Shown piece by piece: positions 29,300-39,618 of a stretch of 64,000 nt of DNA. The stretch covers positions 2,603 through 66,602 of the IMG/VR virus record IMGVR_UViG_3300047476_001180; one strand, 5' to 3'. How positions within the stretch are numbered: the stretch's first letter is position 1; every line of letters starts with the position of its first letter. The notes beneath the pieces are model-generated. The model saw only the letters and a program-made list of their open reading frames with translations. It made no database searches and was not told the origin of the DNA. Both the position numbers and the translations under genes were made by a program. Source of the DNA: a virus.

Positions 29300-29959
29300 T
29301 TATTTATATTCCAATATTCCGTAATCATTTCCCATCTTATATATTAGCCCCTGTTCATTAAAACCAGTGAAATTTAGATCAGGAATTTCCAGCATATTGT
29401 AATTTGTTATATAACATTTGTTCGTATTTGTATTAAATTCTATCAAATTTAAATAATATTGTCCAGCACTTAATGTCTTAAATCCTACAGTTAATCCGTT
29501 TCCTTTTTTTATAAACGGTGTCTGCGTTGAAACGAATGTATAGTTATTAAAACCGTTCCAATCTGTTATATCAGTTTCAGAAGGAAATGTTTTTATCAAG
29601 GATTTGGTGTTGAGATTATAACTGTATATAATAGGTATAGTATAATCTGGACAGGATGATAAGCCTACTATGAAGACTATTTTCTTTGGGTCATCTAGTA
29701 AATAATCTACAACAGTATTTCCGTTGGATTTTAGAGGTGATGAATCGAAAGTGTTTCCGAAGTTAATAAGGATACCCTCACCTCCAGAAGAAAAAGAACT
29801 ATTTTCAAAATTATATTTAAATGGTTCAATTAATAAAATATTAAGATACTCTGTATCGTTTATGATTTTAGTGTTTAAAAATAAAGTGTCATAAAATATT
29901 TTAAAATCTTGAACTCCTTCGCCCGCATTTAAAAAAACAGAATCATAGATATTGTACAT
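29300..29959 (-). CDS. Hypothetical virion protein
   Basis: ORF in the baseplate gene run with GTAAGTA box. Confidence 0.7.
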   Translation of the reverse strand: MYNIYDSVFLNAGEGVQDFKIFYDTLFLNTKIINDTEYLNILLIEPFKYNFENSSFSSGGEGILINFGNTFDSSPLKSNGNTVVDYLLDDPKKIVFIVGLSSCPDYTIPIIYSYNLNTKSLIKTFPSETDITDWNGFNNYTFVSTQTPFIKKGNGLTVGFKTLSAGQYYLNLIEFNTNTNKCYITNYNMLEIPDLNFTGFNEQGLIYKMGNDYGILEYK

Positions 29960-29968
29960 ATTGTTTAC

Positions 29969-32900
29969 TTACAGAATAATAAAGTTACCATCCTCTGTGG
30001 TTATCATAATAGAATCCTCTGTGGTTAGATAAGTGAAATTGTTGGCGGAAGTGCCGAACGATATGTTTTTATATTTACTAAATACGGCACTCATACTTTC
30101 CATCATACTAGAAACCGTTCTATCAGTTCTTTTAATAAAAATATTTCCGTAATTAGATGGAGTGGTAGAGAAATTTATCGTCTCATCCATAACCAAATAA
30201 TAATTATTGCCGAATATATCACCATCCCAATTCCACACATCACCCGTTAAAGGTAATTGAGACACGAACCAATCATCCACACACTTATAATCTTTTTTAA
30301 ATTTTATAGAATCGGTAGGCCAATTATAAGTTTCCCACGGACTAAAATTCATATTATTCTGAAAAAGACCTAATAATTCTTCTGAGAAGATTGAATTATA
30401 TGGTGTTAGATTTTGATATTTTATATCTATAGTTCCATTTGTTTTTCCGAAAGTATTGTTTGCAACAAAATCATTGGAAGCTTTTGGACCAATGGAACCT
30501 TTTAAATAATTATCATATGAGAATGTCTGCAACGAACCTGACAATTCACGCATATTATATTGATCGCCATGCGTTTCAAACCTATTCATAGATATCATGG
30601 AAGGAATGTAAAATCCTAATTGATCCAACGACACCAAATCGGTGGATTCTTCGGTCACAAACACTGATCTATCATTGTTTATTATATTTCTCCATGGGTA
30701 TTCGGAAGATACTAGTAAGCCAGATACTACAGGAACATATTCACTACTAAGACCATTGGAGATGTCCACGACACTTATGGGCTGGACAAAATCCTTCTTG
30801 GCAATATATGTAATGAACACGGGAATTCCGCTCAATTCTGTATTAAATACCAGATTTGATTTTTCGTTTGTAGCGGTTATACCTGTTTTATTGGTTAAAC
30901 ATCTTCTGTAACAGTCCGAGTAAAAATTTGTATTACAATCCGTAACATTATTACCAGGAACGGTGCATCCGTTTTTTTCTGAATTCAAATATTTAAGAAT
31001 ATCACTATAAACATAAGGATCAACATTAATTTTATTCCATTGTTTTATAGGATTATATGTATCGAAAACGAGCGGCTGTTCCCATAAAAAACATGCGGAG
31101 TTGCAACCAAATTTGTACTCGATTATATCAAATTGGTTTAGAATTTTATTTAATGGTTTTGGTTGATATATTTGAAGATACTCATGAGTCGTGGTTGTCC
31201 TTGCATTATTATATTCACCCCAATAAGGAGTATTACCTTCTATAGGTATTTGTATTAAGAAATTTATAGAGGGGATTTGTGTGGTAGATGATATGTATGA
31301 GATACCTTCGTCCCTAGTATCTAATACCACAGATGCACCGCTTAAAGAAGATATATCTTCTCCGTTATATAACAACTTCGTTCGTTCTTCTGAAATTTCT
31401 AACTTATGATCATATGTGATGAAGTCGCCGAAATTTAGTACCATATCAGATATTTCACCTGTATCTTGCCATTCTCCATCAGAATCTTTAATAGCCTTCA
31501 TCCATACTGGTAAATTAGAAATAGTATCACAGCTTATACCTTTAAGATTAAATTTATTATACTTGTGATTTATTACAAAGTATGGCGATTCAAACGAACA
31601 GTTGTTAGTGGTCGCCCGATAATATATATAAGTGCTCCCTTTCTCTAAAATAAACGAAGATTGATTGGAAACGTTTTTCCAACTTCCTGGTCCCCAGCCG
31701 ATATATTGTTCGATAATAGTTGGATAAAACTTAGCACAATCTATACTATTTAAATATGGTTTACCATCAGATCCTTTCCATATACTTTTATTAAAATTAT
31801 TAGGAAATCCTGTATCTTTTACTATAAAGTCTGGTGTTATTTTAAAATGTTCTATGTCATTATAGTTATGACCAAATGGAGAATATTGCACAGCTTGACA
31901 TGAGCAAGTTTTCCATTTTTCGAATAGAGACCGGTTATCATCATTTAGATAATTTTTATCAACTATAGAAATGCTATGATCTTCAGATTTGTACGGACAT
32001 GCATCATCATGAGAGAATCCTGTGAAACCTTTAACATCATTTATATCAACAGATTCGCCAGTCCAAGTGAATCTTATATATTCTCCTGGATTACATCTAA
32101 ATGAAGTTCCTAATTGTGCTCCTCCACTTATAAACTCCCAACCAGTCGAAAAGGTTTTGAGAGAATCTATACATGAACATTCACTTCCTATATTGTATTT
32201 GAAATTTTTGAGTGCTGGGGAACGCAACCATGCACCTTCTATTTCTGGACCACATATTGTTGCGTTTTTTATTATCATGTCGGAGAACGGTAAGGTTTCC
32301 CCCGCCACTGCACCGCAGAAACATTCTCCTACGTCTAATGATGATAGTACTACGGGAGTTCCTACCGAATAGTCGAAGAATAATTCGGAAGAATCGTTAT
32401 AAGATTGAATAGGAAATAGTATATTATTTTTTCCTGGTGCTATTGGTAATTGTGTTTTCTTAAAATCAAATAACCAACCTACGACATGATCATTATATAT
32501 TTTTCGGTCAGATCCATCAGAACTTATTATCAACTTATCTGCATTTATATAGTCATTGCTTGCAAACCCAGCGGTTTTCCCTAGAGATAAATCCTGAATA
32601 TTAATCCCTTTTACGGTAGATACCGATGAGAATGTGTTCCAATACAATGTATTAATATCATTTTGACTATTTAAGAAATCTTCCTCACTTGGGTAAAATT
32701 CTTTAGGCTTGTTATTTGTATCCACTATACTAGGACCGGACCATTCTCCTCCGAATGCCGATGTCCCGAAATTACAAAATGGAAATTTAAATATCCTGCC
32801 ATCAGCAATAACACATGACATAACCCCCGTGGTTGTTGTATATAATGTATCTTGGAACCATGCACCTTCATTCGCTGCATTACCCACTGTCAAGAATAAT

Positions 32901-33865
32901 ACATCAGAATTGTTATAACTAGTGGAACCGAAAGAATTCCACACAATATCATTAATACTAACATCCCTAAACTTGCCATCAGGAATATCGAATACATTTT
33001 TTCCACTAAACCAATAGAAATAGTTATTTCCGACAGTAAATGATAAATCCGTGTTCCTTACATATTCTTTATAATTACCACCAGAGATATAATATATATC
33101 AGTACCTATGTATTTGTTATATGCTGCTTGTAGGGTCGCTTCTATTTTATCTGTTGTATTTTCACAGAAAACGCTTTGCATAGGATCTATAAGACCTGAT
33201 AGAGGCGAATCAAGTAAACTTGAACAGGTATCGTTGAATATACATGCAAATGGATTTAAATTTTCGCTAGCATAAAAAGGATCAATCGTATTATATAAAT
33301 CTTGAATTTCTATAGAGAAATTGTCCCTTATAGCTGAAAATTGAGGAGCCATTGTTATAAGAGGGTTTTCGTTGCCAAATGGTGCCTTGGTTCCTGTGAA
33401 CGATCCTGCTAATTTATTATATATAATAGTACTAAGCCCTGCCTCAGAACCCACTAAATTATATTCTATTTTTTTACGTTTTAACTCTTCTCTTTTAGAA
33501 ATATAATACAATGCTATATTTTTCAGTTTTTCGGCATATTTCGGTATGGCGATTTTGAGATCATCGACAGAATCAAAATCAATAGTGCTGTATCTGGAAA
33601 AATCTTCATCATTTTTAAATAAAATGCTTAATTTTTTAATTAAAGATATGTAGTCGGATTTTAGACGATTTGTTGCCAAAGATGATGACTTATCGACAGA
33701 TCCATAAAAAGAATCCACATAGTTTTTATATTGTTTATCTGCATCGTTAAAGGCTATACCGGTGTTTCTATTATACCAGTCCACAAACGATAATGGATAA
33801 GACTTATTTGAGTCTGATACATTATTATTTGGTTCGGCGATAGAATTTAGAGATACGGATATCAT
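29969..33865 (-). CDS. Large Cys-rich virion/baseplate-associated protein
   Basis: 1298 aa, directly downstream of gp6, TATAAATA box; C-terminal YLTTEDSIMITTEDGNFIIL motif seen at the ends of phage structural proteins. Confidence 0.7.
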   Translation of the reverse strand: MISVSLNSIAEPNNNVSDSNKSYPLSFVDWYNRNTGIAFNDADKQYKNYVDSFYGSVDKSSSLATNRLKSDYISLIKKLSILFKNDEDFSRYSTIDFDSVDDLKIAIPKYAEKLKNIALYYISKREELKRKKIEYNLVGSEAGLSTIIYNKLAGSFTGTKAPFGNENPLITMAPQFSAIRDNFSIEIQDLYNTIDPFYASENLNPFACIFNDTCSSLLDSPLSGLIDPMQSVFCENTTDKIEATLQAAYNKYIGTDIYYISGGNYKEYVRNTDLSFTVGNNYFYWFSGKNVFDIPDGKFRDVSINDIVWNSFGSTSYNNSDVLFLTVGNAANEGAWFQDTLYTTTTGVMSCVIADGRIFKFPFCNFGTSAFGGEWSGPSIVDTNNKPKEFYPSEEDFLNSQNDINTLYWNTFSSVSTVKGINIQDLSLGKTAGFASNDYINADKLIISSDGSDRKIYNDHVVGWLFDFKKTQLPIAPGKNNILFPIQSYNDSSELFFDYSVGTPVVLSSLDVGECFCGAVAGETLPFSDMIIKNATICGPEIEGAWLRSPALKNFKYNIGSECSCIDSLKTFSTGWEFISGGAQLGTSFRCNPGEYIRFTWTGESVDINDVKGFTGFSHDDACPYKSEDHSISIVDKNYLNDDNRSLFEKWKTCSCQAVQYSPFGHNYNDIEHFKITPDFIVKDTGFPNNFNKSIWKGSDGKPYLNSIDCAKFYPTIIEQYIGWGPGSWKNVSNQSSFILEKGSTYIYYRATTNNCSFESPYFVINHKYNKFNLKGISCDTISNLPVWMKAIKDSDGEWQDTGEISDMVLNFGDFITYDHKLEISEERTKLLYNGEDISSLSGASVVLDTRDEGISYISSTTQIPSINFLIQIPIEGNTPYWGEYNNARTTTTHEYLQIYQPKPLNKILNQFDIIEYKFGCNSACFLWEQPLVFDTYNPIKQWNKINVDPYVYSDILKYLNSEKNGCTVPGNNVTDCNTNFYSDCYRRCLTNKTGITATNEKSNLVFNTELSGIPVFITYIAKKDFVQPISVVDISNGLSSEYVPVVSGLLVSSEYPWRNIINNDRSVFVTEESTDLVSLDQLGFYIPSMISMNRFETHGDQYNMRELSGSLQTFSYDNYLKGSIGPKASNDFVANNTFGKTNGTIDIKYQNLTPYNSIFSEELLGLFQNNMNFSPWETYNWPTDSIKFKKDYKCVDDWFVSQLPLTGDVWNWDGDIFGNNYYLVMDETINFSTTPSNYGNIFIKRTDRTVSSMMESMSAVFSKYKNISFGTSANNFTYLTTEDSIMITTEDGNFIIL

Positions 33866-33873
33866 TCAACTAT

Positions 33874-35592
33874 TTATAGTATGACTATCCTATCTTTAAT
33901 GTTTTTATCGTTGAGATATGGGAATTGAAAGTCTTCCAACTGTTTTCTAGTACCGACATCCTCCACTGATATATCTGGGTATACCGGATTCCAACATATC
34001 ATATGTATTCCTTGACTACTCACATCATTATCCACAATGAAGACTTTATCTACCCCACTTATATCTAAAATAGAAGTCTCTAATTGAACTAAATTTATGA
34101 TATTGCCTAAAACATTATTACTAGGACTGAAAAATGAAGTAATAATATTCGAAACATCTTGAACTATACTCGTTTCGCTACGTCTATTATTTGGAATTGT
34201 TTTTATGCCTATTTTAGATGTTTTGGTCGGTAAATCGAATGCAAGATATACAGGGTCCATGGGTATAACATCAGAAGTCAATACCTTAGAGTTTTGTATA
34301 TTATCTATGATAGTATGTTTCTGCGTAGGTGTTAGACATATGTTTCCGTATTCGAACGATTTAGGAACGATGAACAAGTATATGTTATTAAAACCACATG
34401 AATCAGAAAACTCAACTTGGTTGAATAATGCACGGCTTTCGTATTGTGGTTTAGTTAAGCCTAAGTTATAAAAATATTTTATATAAGAATCAATATAATC
34501 TTTATTATTCTTAACTTTTATATCGTGTATTATATTTGAGAAATTAGATCGTATATAAGTCTCGTATGATTTATTCGTAGTTAGACTAAATTGTGAACGA
34601 AATACTGAGGGTGCATTCTTTCTAATAGATTCCACATCCTCGTGCTCATTAAATATCGTACTTGGATATTTGTTATTAAACGACAATTTAGAAAAATAAG
34701 AAGTGTTTAATAGAGATTCATTTTCTGTTAATATGTCATTTAAAATCTCAGAAAGTTGTGTAGTTAAAGATGGGTTTATTTTTTTATTATTAAGAGCGCC
34801 TGCACCAATCTCACCATCTTTACCATCTGTTGATAGATAATATATGGCAACAGAATCTGTGGATAATAATTTTTTACCATTTATATCATCCCCAAATTTT
34901 ATTTCATACCTTTTATTTTCATTAAATCTGACCTCGTAACATAGATCATTATAAGAATTCAAATACAATGATTGAGTACGTTTCCACTGTTTCCAATGCC
35001 CATCAGTTTTAACATATATATCAATATTAAAGTTATCAATAAGAGTATCATCGTCTACCGTTAATACTATTGTTTCATTAGAATTTCCTGATGGGGTTAT
35101 TAAGGGGTATTCTATGAATCGTCCCTGGTATAACGTCTCATTAGATTCTATACCACCTATTTCTTCTTGTATATTCGAAGTTTTGGTAAAACGGAGATCA
35201 GTGTTTAAACTGAATGATATTCCTGCAACATCTAAACTTGAATATCTCGGAATAGTGTAGAATCCTGGTGCAAAATCTCCTGCGGATAAAGAAAAATTAA
35301 CTGATGCTGTTTGATATCCTATAGGACTGTACCCTATTTCTTTAACGATACGATTCATGTTTTCGTATAAATTCGTTACAGAGAAAGATCCATTCACAGA
35401 TTGTTGATTGACATAATATAGAAGGAGAGAAAAGCTCATTGCAAATGCATCATTAATACCTGCAAGATTCGAGCCTTCGAAGTTTTGATCAGTGAATATT
35501 CCTGTCTGATTTAGACGTTCGCGTATTTTTTCTTTGATGGTAAGTCCGTCAAAGGCTACATAAGAATTTTTGGCAACAGGAAAATCAGTCAT
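33874..35592 (-). CDS. Baseplate wedge subunit (gp6-like)
   Basis: FTDQNFEGSN, IGYSP, YEIKFGDDINGK, YLSTDG, EDVESIRKNAP. Confidence 0.92.
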   Translation of the reverse strand: MTDFPVAKNSYVAFDGLTIKEKIRERLNQTGIFTDQNFEGSNLAGINDAFAMSFSLLLYYVNQQSVNGSFSVTNLYENMNRIVKEIGYSPIGYQTASVNFSLSAGDFAPGFYTIPRYSSLDVAGISFSLNTDLRFTKTSNIQEEIGGIESNETLYQGRFIEYPLITPSGNSNETIVLTVDDDTLIDNFNIDIYVKTDGHWKQWKRTQSLYLNSYNDLCYEVRFNENKRYEIKFGDDINGKKLLSTDSVAIYYLSTDGKDGEIGAGALNNKKINPSLTTQLSEILNDILTENESLLNTSYFSKLSFNNKYPSTIFNEHEDVESIRKNAPSVFRSQFSLTTNKSYETYIRSNFSNIIHDIKVKNNKDYIDSYIKYFYNLGLTKPQYESRALFNQVEFSDSCGFNNIYLFIVPKSFEYGNICLTPTQKHTIIDNIQNSKVLTSDVIPMDPVYLAFDLPTKTSKIGIKTIPNNRRSETSIVQDVSNIITSFFSPSNNVLGNIINLVQLETSILDISGVDKVFIVDNDVSSQGIHMICWNPVYPDISVEDVGTRKQLEDFQFPYLNDKNIKDRIVIL

Positions 35593-35600
35593 TTAACTAT

Positions 35601-36731
35601 TTATATATGATTATCATTCGACCATAAGATATGTCTATCATCCGTCTCATTATCCCATTCAATAGTTTTTATATTATTCTCTATACATATATCTATAATA
35701 CTTTGTATTCTTTTCGGCTTCTCTCCAATTTTATGGCAATATACTGTACCACGAAATGCGGTTATTCGGGACCACCCTCGTTTGAATAACTCGTTTATAA
35801 TAGAATCATATTTCTTAATTTTATTTGTATCTATTCCTTTAGTTTGGAGATATTTATCTGCCCAATCCCCATGACTGATGTGTATAGGAATATATTCTCC
35901 ATCAGGTTTCAACCAACCATATAAATGTCCCTGAGACTCTGTTAAAACTGTATTCACAAAATTTGTAAATGAATCACCTATTACATTTTTCTTTTTATAG
36001 TAATCCGGCATTATATTTAAATCCATATCACGAACTTGTTTAGTCGCCGCACTTACCTGTGGCACCTGTTCTTCTTCTAAACCAGAAACATTACCACGTT
36101 CCATATCATCTAGAGTTATGGTATATCTTTTTCCTGTATATGTGGAGATATGATATTCTACTTGTCCCGCCTTTTCATACGAATCGTCCTCATACATATC
36201 ACCTTCCTGTTCAAGTGCATCGTTTATACCTTTTGCAACGTTTTTAAGAGTGACGGCATTTAGTTTATTAACTTCTATATGAGTCCCTGCAACTCGAATC
36301 CAGTTCCAGTTTTTAATCGCATATTCGCGGGCATCCATAGATGATGAACCATATGCAGTAAAAACCAAATCCGATGCTTTATCTTCAGGAACGTTACAAT
36401 TTAATACTAGATATTTTATAATAGCTCTGGCAGGATCGTCTTCAATATCCCACCCCCACGAATCTCCAACTTCGTCCTTTATTATTTCAACAATCTGATC
36501 CTCTTTAATGGCAAACTCATCAGTGGTTACATCAAAGTCTAGATTAAACCATGCTAGAACTTCATTAATACAACGCTGAATAACATATTCTTCATGACCC
36601 ATATCACCAACATCACCATCAGCATATTGTGCATTACCGTGTTCGTCGAACCAATACTCTCCAGTTATTTTTGGAGCATCTTGGTTTTCTTTAATAATTT
36701 TTGATATAAAATTATCGAAGAGTTGTGTCAT
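35601..36731 (-). CDS. Two-domain hypothetical protein with CTS-like N-terminus
   Basis: MTQLFDNFISKIIKE; two related W..G...H...W(I/S)R domains joined by DSFTNFVNTVLTE/S. Confidence 0.75.
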   Translation of the reverse strand: MTQLFDNFISKIIKENQDAPKITGEYWFDEHGNAQYADGDVGDMGHEEYVIQRCINEVLAWFNLDFDVTTDEFAIKEDQIVEIIKDEVGDSWGWDIEDDPARAIIKYLVLNCNVPEDKASDLVFTAYGSSSMDAREYAIKNWNWIRVAGTHIEVNKLNAVTLKNVAKGINDALEQEGDMYEDDSYEKAGQVEYHISTYTGKRYTITLDDMERGNVSGLEEEQVPQVSAATKQVRDMDLNIMPDYYKKKNVIGDSFTNFVNTVLTESQGHLYGWLKPDGEYIPIHISHGDWADKYLQTKGIDTNKIKKYDSIINELFKRGWSRITAFRGTVYCHKIGEKPKRIQSIIDICIENNIKTIEWDNETDDRHILWSNDNHI

Positions 36732-37238
36732 TTAGTTATTTACAGTTCCTTTGGGTTGTTTCCCGTTGTTATATTCGTTCTCTAATTTAGAACCACGATC
36801 TAATTTTGGTTTTGCAACGAATTGATCATCAATAGGATGTTGCATAATATCAGAGGAAGATGTATGGGTTTTTAGAATAGAACATGGTACAGAGATAATA
36901 CCAGTATACAATCCGGGAACTTTATGATTTACAAGGTCTGCCTCTTCAGGATGGCTTGATGGAGATTCTGACAAATATCCAGAAGTTGTACGCAATGTTT
37001 TAAGTGCCGACACATACATTACCATTTTATCTGCCGCCATTTTATCAAGTTGGGCGAGATAAGTTGCGCCTTTTTTAGTTGTTAAATCTCTGCGAATATC
37101 TTGATTTTTAAGAGCTTCTGGGTCCAAAACCACAAAGCTTCCCGGATTTATCTTATTAGGATCACAACTTTCAACTATAGTTTGAAATATGGATTCTGGA
37201 TTATATTTTTCAAGAAGTTCTTCGATTTTATTAGTCAT
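36732..37238 (-). CDS. Hypothetical late protein
   Basis: ORF with GTAAATA box; N-terminus MTNKIEELLE. Confidence 0.7.
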   Translation of the reverse strand: MTNKIEELLEKYNPESIFQTIVESCDPNKINPGSFVVLDPEALKNQDIRRDLTTKKGATYLAQLDKMAADKMVMYVSALKTLRTTSGYLSESPSSHPEEADLVNHKVPGLYTGIISVPCSILKTHTSSSDIMQHPIDDQFVAKPKLDRGSKLENEYNNGKQPKGTVNN

Positions 37239-37270
37239 ATTAACTATTTACTTATTTTATAAATACTTAG

Positions 37271-37741
37271 ATGATAACCATTTCCAACCTTTCAAGTAAA
37301 AAATCGGGTAAATCTAATACCTATTCAGATTTAGATTTAAACTTCGAGGAGAAGAAAGTGTCGTCCAATATTCGAAATGATAATATAGTTGCAGGAAATG
37401 ATTTAGTTGTTTCGACAGATATAGAAGCCATTAAAAATTCTATAAGAAATATCCTGTTCCAGAAAAGACATCTAATTCCAGCAGTGGGAGTAAACCTTAA
37501 AAAATATATAGGTCAGCCCATATCAGAAATGCGAGCACAATCTATCGGGGATGATATTGAACGAGGAATAACATTATTCGAACCTAGAGTTAAAGTTGAG
37601 AAAATATTAGTTCGTTACAACATTGATCAGAGTACATACTTTATAGAACTTAGATTAAAACTTGTTAATTTTTCCGAATCATTAACTATTCTAAATGCCG
37701 CATTTAGTCAACAAGGCGAGTTCACATTTGTAAATAGGTAA
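37271..37741 (+). CDS. Baseplate wedge / sheath initiator (gp25-like)
   Basis: YSDLDLNF, DIEAIKNSIRNI, FEPRV. Confidence 0.92.
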   Translation: MITISNLSSKKSGKSNTYSDLDLNFEEKKVSSNIRNDNIVAGNDLVVSTDIEAIKNSIRNILFQKRHLIPAVGVNLKKYIGQPISEMRAQSIGDDIERGITLFEPRVKVEKILVRYNIDQSTYFIELRLKLVNFSESLTILNAAFSQQGEFTFVNR

Positions 37742-37743
37742 TA

Positions 37744-39618
37744 ATGATTCAAGTATCACCATTGTCCGGTATTCGAAATGTAACAGCCTTTACATTTCAG
37801 ATTTCTCCGTCTTCAGCAAATCCTGTAATTGATTGGGGAGATAATACTTTTTCATACACCAATACTGCAACACATGTATATTCTTCAATAGGATTGTATA
37901 ATGTAATTGGTGGGGAATGTTCTACAACTTCTGCATTTCAATTAAGCGTTTATGGTGGAGAATTCTTTACCGATAAATTATTAGTAACGAGTGATGCAAC
38001 ATCCTCGATAGTTTCTAATACACATTCCTTTGTTTTGAATTTATCATCCAGAAACGAAGTAAGTACGGTTGTTTTATATTCAAGTGGAAGCAATTCTATT
38101 CCTTATTCTGATCAAAGAGATTTTTGGTCACACCTTCAGCCTGAATGGTATTTTCAGAAAAATGGTGAATATGTTTCGGAGATATCTTTAACTGGTTCTC
38201 CTGTTTATTCGGGAATACACCTTCTAGGTTATTCAGCATCGTCTGCGGTGGATTATGTAGATGATATGCCTGGACATAGAGTTTTGTGGTTTACCGTTAA
38301 GCAAACTGATAAAACCGCCCCCATCAATTCTAGAGTATATTCTACAGTTTATCATGATGTATGTGCATCTGTCCCGGATAAACTATTTATAACGGCTGAT
38401 GGCATAAAAGACCTGAACCGTATACAGTGGTCAGATATTGATATTCCTTATATAATTAGCGTGGGAAGTACTAGTAATACTGCGACTAATATACTTCACT
38501 ATGTTTCAGGGAACATAACAGATATAGAATTCATATCTAATTGTTTTGGATTAGATTCCACGGACTTTTTAGCACCAGTATCTAGTATAAATTTAACCGA
38601 TGATTGTTTAAAAACTGGAGGTTATTTATTAACTAATTTCAGATTACCCACATCCGCCCTGCCAGATAAATTCATAGAAGATAATTCTGATGCATGTAAC
38701 ACTACCTATGATCGTAAAGAGTATAAACAAACGAGAAAAACTCCTAAAAATATAATTCTGTCTGCTACTGGAATTTTTAATTACAACGGTATAGAATATA
38801 CACTTTCTGGTGTCTCCGAGCCCTTTGATGTCTATGCATTTGAAAATCGACATGAGTTTTATCGTAAGGGAGAAGATAATAACATATACAAAATATTAAA
38901 AGAATCTTTACCGTTCGACATCAATCAATATACTAATTTTAATAGTTACTTGTCTGCTATTGCAGGAGAAGGTGATTCACTAGGAAAGGTTTATGATAGC
39001 ATATATAATTTTATTGGTAATCATTCAGACATTGATACGTGCTCTTTGAATACATTAAAAGATAAATCAATAATGTTGGATGATCCTTTAGATGACTTTG
39101 GCCTAGAGTTCCCCGAGGAACTTAAAAGACTATTTGAATTTTCTACAATTCCCTTGCAGAAATTAATAGGAAGTAGATGTGTATGCAATACTAATTTTGA
39201 AACATGTAACGGTTGTAAAAATAGTAATATTTGCACCATATGTAAATTTGATAAACGTAGTAATTTAGGAAATAAATTAAGTAACTCGGACTATATCTCA
39301 GCAGGAACCACTATAGTTTATAAAGAAAATGGTGGAACAATATTTAATTTTCATACTGTTGCAGAACAATCTTCAACAATCTTTAAACTACACACTTTAT
39401 CCGCTGAACCATTTTATTCTAGGGGTATAGATAATTATTGTTTTTATGAATGGAATAAATCCCCACAGAATAACCCGGTTAATAGTATAGTTAATTATCA
39501 AGACGAAAGAAATACACTAAATCCTGTTCTATCTTCTAATACTGATTGGTATGGAAATAATGGTGTGATTGAAGAGATGTTCAACTTTATATTAACTAAG
39601 AATCTCATAAATATCTAA
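37744..39618 (+). CDS. Virion protein with N-terminal PKD-like domain and Cys cluster
   Basis: IDWGDN...ATHVYSSIGLYNV; C-terminal CVC...CNGC...CTIC; follows gp25. Confidence 0.7.
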   Translation: MIQVSPLSGIRNVTAFTFQISPSSANPVIDWGDNTFSYTNTATHVYSSIGLYNVIGGECSTTSAFQLSVYGGEFFTDKLLVTSDATSSIVSNTHSFVLNLSSRNEVSTVVLYSSGSNSIPYSDQRDFWSHLQPEWYFQKNGEYVSEISLTGSPVYSGIHLLGYSASSAVDYVDDMPGHRVLWFTVKQTDKTAPINSRVYSTVYHDVCASVPDKLFITADGIKDLNRIQWSDIDIPYIISVGSTSNTATNILHYVSGNITDIEFISNCFGLDSTDFLAPVSSINLTDDCLKTGGYLLTNFRLPTSALPDKFIEDNSDACNTTYDRKEYKQTRKTPKNIILSATGIFNYNGIEYTLSGVSEPFDVYAFENRHEFYRKGEDNNIYKILKESLPFDINQYTNFNSYLSAIAGEGDSLGKVYDSIYNFIGNHSDIDTCSLNTLKDKSIMLDDPLDDFGLEFPEELKRLFEFSTIPLQKLIGSRCVCNTNFETCNGCKNSNICTICKFDKRSNLGNKLSNSDYISAGTTIVYKENGGTIFNFHTVAEQSSTIFKLHTLSAEPFYSRGIDNYCFYEWNKSPQNNPVNSIVNYQDERNTLNPVLSSNTDWYGNNGVIEEMFNFILTKNLINI

